Assembly: GCF_006345805.1 (NCBI RefSeq)
Contig: NC_042997.1
Location: 188,418,001-188,482,000 of the forward strand
From: Octopus sinensis
Lineage: Eukaryota
Direction: 5' to 3'
Length of the DNA stretch: 64,000 nt
Shown: positions 11,875 through 25,329 of the stretch, piece after piece
Layout of the letters: the number at the start of each line of letters is the position of its first letter
How positions within the stretch are numbered: position 1 is the first letter of the stretch
Position numbers and translations under genes: made by a program
The notes under the pieces: model-generated
Told to the model about the DNA's origin: nothing
Database searches by the model: none
What the model saw: only the letters and a program-made list of their open reading frames with translations

Positions 11875-14800
11875 TGTATTAAATGAGCAAAAGTGGCAAA
11901 AAGTTAGAATTATATTTCAGAAGTACTTGGGACTGTTTAAAAAAAAGGCTAAGTATGTGCTCACTTGCACTGCTAAAAATAGCAGCCAAATGTCTCTGAA
12001 ATCACATAGTCTCAAAAAAAGAACACATTCACTAATGTAGTCCTAAGTATACTACAGCTGAGAAAGATTTTTAAAAAAATCATGATGAAAACAAGCTACA
12101 GTGATCTCACACACACACTAGTAAACACTGAAGCCAAGATAAAAGATAACTTCTTTTTTTTAACTTGAGGAGGTAAAACTGAGAAAAAATGTAGTGGATG
12201 AGAAGGATCATTCACCAAGTTTAGAGATGAAGAGTGAAAAAAAAATAGAGGGTGAGAACATTTGGTTAGAGTTCAAGAGGTCAATCTGATATTGACACTG
12301 ACATGAACTACAGGAAGCTAGGAGAACAATGACTGCCCTCAAAATCTTCATGAAAACTGGCTGGAAATATGTTAAAGGATTCATATCTTTTAAGAAGCAG
12401 GAAGGATAAAACAGGATAGATACATTAAATGTGTCAGAAAAATGATAAAATAACAATTTTATCATTCTATGTCACTACTGTCAATAATGGATTTCTTTAT
12501 GATACTAAATTTTTGTTTCAAGTTCTTAGCTGTAGATAGGGTAAGAACTGATTTTTAAATTGAAATAAAAAGAGAAAATAATTGTCATTATTAAAATTAT
12601 CTCCCCATCAAACAATAATATTGGCTGGAGTTTTACTTAAATTATTTTCCCACTTGACTTGTTTTTGGTCTTCCTATGAAGAACATAATTTCTTGTCCTG
12701 AGAAAAATGATCAGGCAAAAGCAAAAAGAAATACGTATCCTCTACATTACAGAGATATCTGTTTAGAATAAAACTGTGGTTTACACCCAGAGTATAACAA
12801 CAGATTTTGACTAGAGATTGCTGGAGCAATAAGCCAGCAGTTGTACAGGATACCAGGCTCAGTTCAGAGTGTAAGACCAGTGCCCCACAACCTTTTTTCA
12901 CTTGCTGCACACATATTCTTTTCAAAATTTGGCAGCACACCTGAACTAAAAATATAACAAAATATTGGAGAAAAAAATTATATTCAGGTTACACTGTGGC
13001 ACACTGAGCATCGTCTCATGGCACACCAGTGTGTCATGGTATACCAGTTGTTGAGCACTGGTGTAGACTGCAGCTCAGGAGAGTGAAAAACTGATCTTTG
13101 TCTGAGATATGCTGGGTCAACCTGACACTAGAAGCAGAAGGAATTGAACATGAATTCAATTCTTATCCTCATTGCAAAAGGAATAATGTTTTGTCTGTCT
13201 AAATATGGAGATTTATTGGCTACTTGAAGTATAGCAAGATCAGCATCAGATTCAGAGGAATATTCCATAATTCTGGAGCAGAAATTTACACTTTCAAAGT
13301 GTTAATTGCAACCAAAATGTTTAGTGTTAACAAATTTAATGTAAAAACAAAACATTAAAAAACTTGTAATTATGTGGTAGTCAATGACTAATATTTTCAT
13401 TATTCTGGTCAACACAGGAGACAAAACTGGGTACAATTTGGTCTAATCATGACTTCATCACTAAAGCATAACCTTTATCAAATCTGCCAAGAAAGTATCT
13501 CCCAGTAAATGTGCAATATTGAGCATTATTTGGAGTAGGAAAATAGACTTGTTTGGAGAATAGACTAAATTAAAACAAATTGTTAGTTTTAGCATATTTA
13601 GTGCATGCAGTATTAAAAGGCTAATAGAAAAACATTGACATTAAGAAGGCATGAAAGTGTAAAAAGAAAAAAGAAAAAATCGAGTCTTTGAAACAAGAAA
13701 ATTATAATTAAACAGTACTAATTATTTCATGGCTACCAGAACTATCTAAGTTGGTGGTATCTACCTTATTAAAAAGTAAGTTAGTTTTCCATTTTTTTTT
13801 CTCACAATTAGCTGGCATTTCTAAAATGTTTACAATAGTTTAGGTTTTCTCAATAAACAAGAGCATTAAGAGCATAAATTCACTTGTAATTCTCTTCCAG
13901 TGTATGAAGATTCTATCATTAAAAATAGAAAAGCTTGTCAGACAATTCTATCACATCTAAATACACTTCTATTATCAAGTCCAATGTTATGAAGACAAAA
14001 CTGCTGAACATGCAGTCATAAGATATTTGTTGTATAATCTCATCTTAATCAAACACTAAAAGTAAGAATAAATTTTAATTAAATAATGACTATTATCTCG
14101 GAATTATTAAAAAGTAAACTGCAGACTCTCTTTTACACCTTAGTAGGTATGTTAAAAAAAAATCCTTGATGAAATAGCTATCACCTGTCTACCAATAAAA
14201 TTTCACCCAATATTGAGAATATAATATTTTAAACAGAATATTTCACACTGTCAAACCAGTTGTACTTGCAAATATGCTTAATCAATATCACTAATCAATG
14301 AAACCAAATAATTGAGAATAGCACTAAAACACTGATCATTATAATGAATAATATGAAAAAAAAAAAACTATGGTAAAAATAATTCCTTTGAAGAGGAGGG
14401 GGGGTAGACATCAAAGGTTGCAAAAAAAGGACCAAAGTAAACACTATGTGATGTTAATAACCTGAGTCAACTTCATAAAAGACAAGATTTAAAATAAGTT
14501 TGTCTCATAATTATTATCAATCACTATGACTATTATAAAGATAGAAAGAAAAAGAAAGAAAACAACTTTAAAATAGTTATTTGCAATGTAATTGTACTGG
14601 CTCACTTGCATATTTTCCATTTCTTTTCAAATTCTAATGATGGAATAATAGTTATGGGCTGAATATATGGCTAAGAATGTTATAGTTGGCTCTTCACATA
14701 ATAACACTGACAATAGAACAAGCACAGAAGACAGCAAGAACAAAGTGATAAAACAGCAAGAAAAGGAAATTGATCTTTGTTAAACAAAGCCTGCTACACT

Positions 14801-17800
14801 AGACAGAAATATTTAGTAGTTTTCTGTCAGTAGCAACACAAACATATTTCTATTATGAACAGTGAGCAGTGGCTTTTGTATGTACTGCAACTAAAAGAAC
14901 AATGATAACTGTATCTGAAGTTAAAAAGAGAACATATCTAAACCAATATCAAAGCATTTAAAAAAAAAAAAAGAATTTCTTTTTCTCCCCAGAGCCCTTC
15001 AGAAAAGGATGTATTAAATAATACAAAGACAATACACGACTGCGTTTCAAAAAGAAGAAATCTATCACAAGCAATACAAGATATTGAGTGTTCCAACCAT
15101 GACCACTCCTTATTTCGAGTCGTCATATCATGGACTATATAAACCAATCTGTTCTTCCATTTTTAAAATGACTAGGTGAAATTTGACTGCTTTTCCAGCA
15201 GATCATATGACCACATAGAGACTTCCTTGTTGGCTTGATTTAGGCTGTTTTTGTTGTTATTTAAGTTGTTATTGTTTAGTCTCCAGGTCTGCTTCAAATA
15301 ATCAAACATATGATCAAAAACACTCCAGTTGTGGCCATCCTATCTTTTTTCTTTTTCTATAACTATATGATTTATGTTGTTTCATTTAAAGACAGTAAGT
15401 TGTAATTTGAAAGAGAATTGGCTGCTGTTTCTAGGAGATAAAGTGATTGCTCAACAGCCACATTGTTGGCCTGATTTAGTTTTGATTAGTTGAGTGAAAA
15501 GGTTAACTTTAATAAACAAGGAACTGCTAAAACTTAAGACAAGCCATAATAGTGCTTAGTCACATTACTAATCTATTGTTTGACTGTTACCTGAGTTGAA
15601 TCACAGATTAAAAGGTGTTGCCAACCTGACATATACATAGAGCTAGAACCTGACATAAATATGCATATACACATGATGTGTGCAAATAATCACACACACA
15701 CACAGACACACACATACATACACAATGAATGAGAGAAAAAGTATATTAGCTAAGCTGGTTATTTTCAATGAAATTATTCATGCATACTGAGAAAGTTAAG
15801 CTCTGATAATTAACTAAAAAAAGAAAGAAGTGTGTCATCTTTCTGAGAATTAATTTGCTCCAGGTGAGCAGCAAGGTATCCAGAAGAACTTAAAATTAAT
15901 AATTTTGTTTAGGGAGGGCAGAGTGAAATGGTTTTTACAGACCCCTTCAAACTGATGAGATTGATCTAGCTGATGCCTGTTGGTGGGAGACCACTAGGGT
16001 GGGTGGGGGGATCATGACTGAAGAGTGAGTCAGAAGGTTACAGTTCTGGGTGGTAGGTCAGTGAGTTCAAATTTTCTGTCTCCACCCATAAGCATACAAC
16101 TGAGATAGGGTGGTCTGCAGTAACATTTCTTGCCAATGTATATCAACAATCCTCCAAACTGAATCTTTGGGTTTTATGTCAAACTCTGAAGTTTATAATT
16201 TTTGCTGGGATCTTGGTCTGGTAACCCATGGGATGAACTCAACTGATACAGTTGTACTAAAACTACTACCAAAATAGCATAAAAAGCAAGGTGGACAGCT
16301 GAAAATATGGGATTATTATTATAATTAGATCTGATTTTGAATCAATATCGAGTTCTCACATATAAGGTGTCCATTATCTGAACTGCGACCTCTGTGTTGA
16401 GGTTTGTAATTGCCAAGGGTAGTTGGCTTCTGTTGTGATGCTGTGAACTTAATGACTGAGCCAGCTCAACTTATCCCAGTAAACTCTGACACAAGTACCA
16501 GTAGGTATTATGTTATAGTGAGGGCAATGGAAAGAAGGAAGAGGTGTGCAGGGTATGTGGGCCAGCTAGCAGACAGTATATTAATTAGCTAAATGAAACA
16601 AGAAAAGGCAATTGCAGTAGTGGTAGACAAAGCAATGGGAGAATACAGCACATCAATGATTGAAGTATTTTGGTGAATGAATAATTGTCAGTCAGTCAAA
16701 TGGCCTTCTTTTGGAAGAAGTGTAAGATATTTGTGCATGTCACAGCAGTACTATCTCATAGACATGAGCAATACTCCAAAGTGAATGAACACATTTATGC
16801 TTATGTTTCAGTATTTAAATATTGAAGACAAACTGCATGATTGGCGACATCTATATATGAATGGTGTGATTTCTCAAGTAAGTGCACAAGCCCTATCCCC
16901 AAGAGATGTATGTATAATCTATATAACTTTCAGTAAGCCTACAAATCAGATATTGAGGCCATCTAGATAGGCAGACTTTACAACAGAAGTTTGCTGTCAT
17001 TCAGACATTATTTAGACCACTATTCAGACACATAAACTCTGCCAAATATATATCAGGTCTTCATTGTTTTAATTACAGATGTTTTATTCTATTTTTAGAT
17101 CTCTTAAAATACACATACATACACTCATAAACATAAAAGAGTTCATGTGTTTTGTTTCGGTTTCAACATAATATTTTAAAACTTATTGGTTTTAAAATGT
17201 TGCCTCATAGTCACGGAAAAATACTTGAGGCTGAAGTAAAGTACTTGCTATGCTTGGTCGTTGTCATTAGAAACAAAACAAAATGAAACACATACTTCAA
17301 AGGTGAGCAAAGGAATAGAATGCGCTCATGTTCTTCTAATAATTCATGTGAAAGTACATGAATTTCAAAACCCATCAAGTAATACATGCAGCATGGAAAA
17401 TAGCAATATGGATTTAAAATAAGCTATGCAATCATAAAGGAATGCCACTGTTTGTGGCAACCATAAATTAATTAATTAATTAATTAAGAATGTTAACATA
17501 AGGAATAGAACATACTCATACAATATACAATAGGAGACTATTATATCAAAATCAGATTTAAACAGAAGATAGATTTTCAAAGCAGTTTTGATTTTAAAAA
17601 TATGGCTTCAGAATGTGGTCGAAATGAGGTTGACCTGGGACTGTCATTGTGACACTAGGTGAAGTAATGATCTAACAAGAGTTATTGTTGTTGTTATTGG
17701 TGGCAGGTGGATGATCAATGTTTATCTCCTATTTTTAAACTTTCTTATTTTCTGAATGCATTTGCCATCACCTCTTTTGGTCAATCAGCTACATATGATA

Positions 17801-20800
17801 GCATAGCTCTTGATTGAAATTTTGTAATAACTCTCAAGCTGGGGTATTTCCACTAATCTGTTAACTGGTTGGCCTTATAGTCTATATAGTCTTTGATCCT
17901 GGCATCTTCCCATATGGGAAGATTCTACCAATTGTTAAATGAGTGTTGCATTAAAAAAACACAAAACAATAGTCTGAGATTTTATCTTGGTCAAGTATTC
18001 AATGTACAGTCTTAGTTCAAGGTTATGAATCATGGGAAAATGAAAGTACAACATACCACAGTTGGAACAACCTTTTTCTCAAATAAGAAGATAAAAAAAC
18101 CCCACATCACAGCAGAACTTAGCATACAAGAGATCCTGGAGTAGTAGCTATAGAATACTAGGTTTGTTTATCACCCAAAAATAATTAATGGTTAAAGAGG
18201 GCCATGCTGGTCAGCTGGCAGAAACTTTCTAACTAGCAATATCTTGTTACAGTCACAACCTTCATGTAATTAATACAATTCCTTTTAATTATGAACATAA
18301 ATAAAAAAAATTTTTTAATCACGAAAAGAAACATAACTGTAGGACAAAATTTGTTTCCTTCCTAGAACTTATGAATACGCCACATATAATGTTATATCAA
18401 TGATAATCAATGAATATCTGGTAGGAATTGAACTTGTGTTGCCTAACTGGTACAGTAATCAAAGTTATAAACATGCAATAGGATTTAATTGTCATAATAT
18501 TTTGCTTCATTTCTCATTTCTCTTACACAATGAAATGAATTTTAATTCAAAGAACAACTTTTCTTTATTTACTGATGTCCACTAAGAGATCAGCTCCAGG
18601 CAGCTCTGGTTGAGCAAATTTATGATCAAAGGTGTCCCAGCCATGACCATCTCATCTTTTTTCCTAAGCTAGTCTATCCAATCTATTGGTATGGTATTTG
18701 TGTGAGACTGTTGTCATGTCGAATTGTTTGTATTTACAAGAGTTTATATTTTATAGGTTAAATAAAGATTTTCACTAAATAAGGAAATTTAACCACTCAT
18801 CAATGATAACATAGCTCTAGATTTGCCAAGCAGTTCCCTTTTCTACCCTACTGCCTATTCTCCCCAACCCCACTCCTGCAACACCAGGCAGACAGGTGAT
18901 CCCAATCTGACTTCATTTTCTTTTTATTTCTTATGATTATTATTTATAGTTCTCCAACATTCTGGTAGAGTTAACACATTTGAAACATCACTAACATATA
19001 TATTCAGGAGAATTCAACTATAATTTTAATCCATTTCTATAGCTGGTGCTTGCTATGCAGCTAACAGATAGTAGTAGGAGTAGGAGTAGTGTAGAAGTAT
19101 TTAATCTTTCTTTGCACTACTTTTCAGGAATCATCTTAAAAATAAATAAATATATTCTGAAAGTGCTGTCCAAAGATAGAAGATAAACATGGAAGAATAT
19201 TAAATAATGAAATGCTGCTAGCTAACATCAAAATTTCTCCCAGCTGAAAAAAATATATTAAGACTTAAGTGAAGAAATTTCAGCAATCATTATTTTACAT
19301 AGGAAGATATAAAGTTGATAGCAAGAACAGACTAATATCAAAGACAAACCCTGCTGGTGATAAATTTAAAGCAATAAGATTATAGGTTGGTAATGACAGA
19401 CAAAATACAGATGCTACTAAGCTAGACTTATAAGATTTACTACACAAAATGGAAATCAAAATAAAGCAATTTTTTAAAGGCAAATTTTCTTGATATAATT
19501 GTTTTAATGGGTTATTGGAATATTGAATAAGCAGAAAAAATACCGAGGTGGAAACCATATCTAAGACTGTGTACAACATATACACTCATATTCTGCAGGT
19601 GTAAGGTATTTCTTTTTTATTTCCAGACTCTGATTACTAGACAATATTTTTGCCTTCTTTCTTTCTTTTATTATAATTATCACAAAACAATTCATCAGAG
19701 CTCTTCAAGTGAAATCATCCTATTTTAACGCCTTCTATTCAATAAAGAATGTTATTGAAAAAGACAACTGTTGTTTAAACAGATTTAGGAACTGGAAAAC
19801 AGTGTAACCTTTGTAAAGTTGGCTATCTGTGTCAGAAAATGTGTTTGAGAAAAGTTGATAGTGTGAAAAGTGAAAATGTAGGGCATTGCCTTTAAAGGTG
19901 TGTTTTAATAAATTCAGCAGGATGTACTCATAATAGTTAACTTTATTTACAGCATGAAGTTAACATGTGTTCTACTTTAAGCTGATTCTAGCAGATAGAA
20001 TAAAAATATTACTACTTCTGAATCTACACACAAACTCCAACAAATAATCCGTTATTATACTTCATTATACTAAAAGCAATATCTGGTATGAGAAATAAAT
20101 GTAGAGTTCAAATAAAAAGAAGCAGTTACTCTAAGAACCATTTGAAAAATGTGAGAAACTAGTTGTTCATTATGATAGTATAAAGTAAGAAAATATAGAG
20201 TAAAAAAGACAAATCAAAACAGCAAAATTCAGTCACTGTTCTGGCCAGTAATTTGAAAAATAAAAATAAAAATCTTATGTGAAAAGGCTGACAGAATTTA
20301 TTGAGTGACAAACAGATATTTAATTAGCTATCTACTTAATGAAAACACTAACAAAAGCTAGGCAAGGAGTACAACAGGTAGGTAAAGTAAAATTTGCTTT
20401 TGCTTTAAACATTATTAAAGTGGCTGCTAACTCCAAACTTTATTGTATCATTGTACCAGGACATTTGTATGAGTGTAATTCATTTAGTTTATTTATTTTT
20501 TTCGTAAGTGGATATAATCGGAATAGTTGCGAGCAGAAACATGTTTGGAAAAGCTTTCACTCTCTTAAAAATCAGGTTGAAGATTCTTTACATGCACAAG
20601 TCTTATCTTGACTTTAGTGAAATGAATTTCTAGGAGAAAAAATAACTAACTAACAGACAATGGAGCCAAGCTGTAGTGAACAATTATAGTAATGAATGTG
20701 AAGCTGATCTGATTACTGGAGTCTTAGTTTAATTTTAATATACTCAAGATACAGCCTATTTCAAAGTTGCAACTTCTCTCATACTTTGTATACTATTGAT

Positions 20801-20831
20801 CTTAGATTGATTCTACTTCAAAACCCATATG

Positions 20832-22072
20832 TTGGGTTGGCAAGGAAGTAATTTCGTTTTTTGCAAATAGATAGAGTTACAATTTTTTTTTAATGATTTT
20901 TGTCAATGTCATGATTTTTTCCTTTTGACATTTGATAGCCATTACTTTGAGCTTACTTTAGAAGCAAATTGCATGTAATTTTGTTTGCAGCTGTTAGTTC
21001 AATGTCAATTTTAACATGGAGTGCAAAAATGAACATTTTTCACCATATTTTACTTTTTTTATTTCCATAAAGGCAAGAAAGCTGCTGAGGTTCACGAAGA
21101 GATATGTGAAGTTTATGGTGTTGACTGCCTAACAGAATGCACATATTAGAAATAGTTTAAAAAATTTTGTTCTGGAGATTTTTCACTCAAAGATAACCAA
21201 TGTTCTGGTTGACCTAGTGAAGGTGATGATGACCGAATCAAAGCCATAATTAAATCTGATTGTCATATAACTAAAAATCACTTAAAATATCTAGGACTCA
21301 TTAAGAAGCTCGATATTTGGGTTCCACATAAATTGAAAAAGATTCACTTCACACAATGAATCAATATTTGCGATATGCATCTCAAATGCAATGTAATCAA
21401 CCTCTTTTTTGAAACCAATCATCACTGGTGATGACAAATGGATTGTCTACAATAACATGAATCGAAAATGATCATAGTCCAAGTGTAATGAAGCAGCATA
21501 AACCACTTCGAAAGCTGAATTGCATAAAAAAAAAAAAGGTCATGGCGTCAATTTGGTGGGATTACAAAAGTGTTGTGTATTTTGAGCTGCTTCCAAGGAA
21601 CCAAATGATCAGTTCAGATGTTTACTGTCAACAACTAATGAAACTGGAGGAAGCAATCAAAGAAAAACAGCCAGAATTGGCAAATCATAAAGGAATCGTG
21701 TTTTACCATGACAACGATAGACCACACATGTCTTTGTTAAATCGTGAAAAATTATTGGAGCTTGGTTGGAAAGTGATGTCACATCCACCATATAGACCTG
21801 ACCATGCACCATCAGATTACCATTTATTTTGAAGTTTGCAAAATTCTTCGATTGGTAAAACTTTCAATAATGATGATGACCTGAAATTGCATTTGCTTCA
21901 GTTTTTGGCTGATAAGGACAAGAAGTTCTATGAGTGCAGAATCATAAAGTTGCCAGAAAGGTCATCGAGCAAAATGGAAAATATATAATTGATTAAAGTT
22001 CATTCTTTGTATGAAAAAATAATGACTTTTATTTCACGCTAAAAACCCAAAATTACTTCCTTGCCAACCCAA
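20832..22072 (+). mobile_element. Near full-length mariner (Tc1/mariner, DD34D-type) DNA transposon, about 1.24 kb, inactive
   Basis: TIRs TTGGGTTGGCAAGGAAGTAATT and AATTACTTCCTTGCCAACCCAA; TA at the right end (left is TG); internal transposase remnant. Confidence 0.93.
21016..21996 (+). pseudogene. Mariner transposase pseudogene
   Basis: Starts MECKNEHFHHILLFYF. Motifs WVPHKL, TGDDKW, HDNDRPH and YRPDHAPSDYHLF are present, with multiple stops and frameshifts. Confidence 0.92.
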
Positions 22073-23136
22073 TAGATTTAGTAGATTCCATTTGTACCAG
22101 ATTCTGAATTAGTTTGAATGGCTACAAAAAAAAAAGGGTAGGGAACAATGGATTGGAAGACAGAAACATAGTGAACAACCAGCTAAGTATCGCGGTACCA
22201 CATTCTATGTATATTATTGTAAAGACTTCTTAGGTGACAGACTTCAGGTAGTTTCCTTAAGGACTTAAATTTAAGAGCATCAAAAACCTCAGATCAGAAG
22301 ATAAACAGCAAAATCAGGAATAGCAGGATACATGTGAGTTAAAAACAGAAAATGTAAGTTACATTGAAATAAAATTTCCATTACAGACAAGAAAACAGTA
22401 GAGACAGTACTGAGTACTTGATCAGGAAGTCTAGCTTAAATTCAAATTCAATATAGCTTCAGACGATTATAGATAATTATAGATATAAATATTGATAAAT
22501 ATAACATATAAATCCCACTTAAATGTTACAGCTAACTATTCTTAAGCTCAAAGAGTATAACTTTGTTGTAGCCTTTAAATGAAACAACGAAAGCTTGAAA
22601 AATAAAGACATGTCTACAGTTTTAAACCAATTACTTAACATAACTGCTAACTCAACTAAAGCATCCTCAAGATTTTCAAACAGTGCTATTATACATCTAT
22701 TTTGTTTCCCCAATATATCCTTTCTAAGTCTTATATATTATGGCAGACACATATAATTTTAAAAAATAGTGAATAAAGAATAAAAGTTTCTGATATTTAT
22801 TGTTTCCAATAACTTCAGTAAGCTCAACCTGATGACAGTTTCACTATCTTAAGAAAATTTCTTGCTAAGCAAATTTTGGTAACAAAAATTTTTTTTCGAT
22901 ATATTCTTTGGTGTGTTGAATTAAATGCCAGCTGTACAACATAGTATTCCTGGCCTGAGAAAGAGTAGCTTGATAGTTTATTAATTTCCATTTGGTTATG
23001 TTCTCTTAACATTCTGAATTCAAATTCCATCAGTTGCTTTCCATTTTCTTTTCCAGGAGTCAATAAATTAAATATAAGCAATATACTGGTGTCAACTTAA
23101 TCAGCTATACCTGCTTTGACAAACAGGGGCACTTAC

Positions 23137-23151
23137 GTGTGACTGCTTAAC
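23137..23151 (-). CDS. ZMIZ1: Candidate 15-nt in-frame microexon GTTAAGCAGTCACAC; changes PQ-N-DP to PQ-KLSSHT-DP
   Basis: ctgctatttctcactAG|GTTAAGCAGTCACAC|GTAAGT. Length is a multiple of 3, with no stop in the required phase 2. LSSHT|D resembles vertebrate TLSHS|D at the equivalent junction. No transcript evidence. Confidence 0.55.
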
Positions 23152-23948
23152 CTAGTGAGAAATAGCAGCTAAATACCCTTCATATCATAAGCTAGAGGTT
23201 TTTTTTCTCTTTTTATAGAACAACACATTGGATATGATAGTCCTAAATATACTATGCCTGAAAAGAGGAAAAGAAAAGAAAGGAACAAACCAGACTGGTT
23301 GTGGCTAAAATGCTTTCCATTATAGATCCACTTGCCATTAGAGAACTGAAGCTAAATAACATCTATGCTTCTTTCTCAACAAATTTCTAGCACTATAGCA
23401 TAGTTAAAAATCAATGAGAAGAAAACACTATCAGTCATGCTACATAACTTTTCAAGGAAATTTTCTTAAAAAGTTTTGAAAGTTTACTATCAACAGAAAA
23501 TAAAAGTAAAATGCTCGGCTCACTGTAATTAAATTGTATATAAGCCTGTTCTATTGTACAGGATTGGTAAAAAGTAAGTGTTGTATAAGAAGGAAATTCA
23601 TTTGTGATGTTCATATTGAGCAAAAAGGTGGCTGAGTTTTTCTGCTATATCAGTGCAAGTGATGTGATTATTCCTAAAGGGAATCTGCAAAGTGAGCAAT
23701 GGTAGGTGATCTGGAATCTAGGGTGGGTTTGTGACAAACCTACTGACATTAACAAAAGGCAGCATAATGCATTTTGATGCTGGTTATATTTTGTGCAGAA
23801 GTTGGCAAGTGAAGAAAAATAATGCATATTGATCAAGAATTGTAATAAGTAGACAACTGACTAATGAAAGAACATCGATAGTGAGAAATCAATACAAAAG
23901 CAGCAACAAAAACAATAAGCAACTAAGTAAAAGAGAAACTTGACTTAC

Positions 23949-24084
23949 TTTTGAGGTACAGCAGGCATATTCTTTTGCAACTGATGATGCATGCCTGGGC
24001 TTTTAGCCGAATCAGGCGTGCGTGTCTTCTGATGTCTTAATAACAATAACCTTCCCAGCTCCTCACACCACATCGAGAGCATAG
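23949..24084 (-). CDS. ZMIZ1: ZMIZ coding exon, 136 nt: (A)[44 protein letters not shown](N/K); C-terminal part of the ZMIZ N-terminal helical domain
   Basis: Acceptor tatgtttcAG|CT ATG CTC, donor CCT CAA AA|GTAAGT. Manual translation matches the recalled ZMIZ1 motif. Missed by the ORF track. Confidence 0.95.
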
Positions 24085-24226
24085 CTGAAACATAGACAAG
24101 TTACATCCTCAGAAATTTTTTAAACATTTTTAGTGCAATGCATACAACAACAATAACAAGAGGTATGTAAAAATGTTACAAGCGAATCTACCTGAACTAT
24201 GTTCTCTGAAACTAGATACATTTTAC

Positions 24227-24232
<6 letters not shown>

Positions 24233-24280
<48 letters not shown>

Positions 24281-24290
24281 TATATATATT
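24233..24290. repeat. (TA)n(CA)n microsatellite about 150 bp upstream of the 24084 acceptor
   Basis: Direct reading. Confidence 0.95.
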
Positions 24291-25329
24291 CGTTGAAAAT
24301 ACATGCACATACAGGTGTAAGCATGGCTATGTAGTTACAGAGATCACTTTGCAATTGCAAGGTTTCAAGTTCTCCCTCACTGCATGGTACCCTGAATGTT
24401 TTCTACTATAAACCTGGGCCAACCAATGCTTTGTGAGTGAAACTAATAGACAGAAATTGTTAAGTTGCCAATTCTCTGAGAGTGAGAGTGTGCGTGCACG
24501 CACGCACATGCATGTGTGTACACACACACACACACACACATGCTTGAGTAAAATGATGTGTTTACGTTTCCTGTAGATATGTCCCATTGCTCTACTTTTG
24601 AAGACTAGAGGAATAACAAAAATCCCTTGAAAACAAGATAAGAATTCACAATAGGTAAGGCATTTAGTCATAAAATGCTTCTTCATATAAGTATCCACCT
24701 AACCCATGCAAACTTCAAAGGACTGGCATAAAGCAGATAAAATATTAGGGAGTTCTTGTCTATCTTAAAAAGTTAAGTAAGTGATTTCAACCAAATTACA
24801 TAATTTCTGAGATAAAAAAAATCTTATACTTTAAGTGTCCTCATTTTGGTTTGTCACAGTCACAATATTTCAGCTATTATATGGCCATCTTCTAATGCTT
24901 GTCATGCTCAGCAATATGTTCATAATGTTGAACTAAACCCTTTATTCAAACAAAGAGTAGATGACAGTCCATATCCCATTGTCCATGCCAGGAATATTTT
25001 CATATTAGTTACACTTAAACTGGTGATGCCACTAATATATTCTGCTTGGACCAGAGTATATATCAAATCACTAACCTATGAACTGAACTCACATCCACCA
25101 GGTAAACGAAAACACTTAACATCTGACACTTAATCAAAACTTATATTCACTATGCCACTGTTCCATATATTAGTGTATAAAACTTTTTTTATCTAACAAA
25201 AAATATTTTGTATCAGTGTTCTATGGGTTTCTTTTTCTTTTTTTTTTTGTAACTCTTGTTCTTCCTGTACAACTTTTGCTTATTGTTTTTGAAATTTAAA
25301 TAAAGTTTACCTCTATTTAGGCATATAAC

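Larger units (their letters stand above)
214..24084 (-). other. ZMIZ1: Partial multi-exon gene, zinc finger MIZ domain-containing protein (ZMIZ1/2, tonalli-like); span of the coding exons visible here. The gene continues past both the first and last exon shown.
   Basis: Three exons with canonical GT-AG and compatible phases (1/2, 2/2, 2/2). They encode [15 protein letters not shown] and SLSVVTTVWGVT, which I recognise from the vertebrate ZMIZ1 N-terminus ([16 protein letters not shown]; GSLSVVTTVWGVT). ZMIZ1 versus ZMIZ2 is not resolvable; invertebrates typically have one orthologue. Confidence 0.93.

Noticed and set aside
12674-12950. 88-aa minus ORF with an acceptor-like tttttagttcAG|GTGTG
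   Set aside because: In the required phase 2 it hits TGA after five codons, has no good donor, and has no ZMIZ similarity; a 5-nt TTCAG microexon would frameshift and has a weak donor.
21488-21832. 114-aa ORF as a SETMAR-like or domesticated gene
   Set aside because: It is part of a TIR-flanked mariner with stops and frameshifts and no SET domain.
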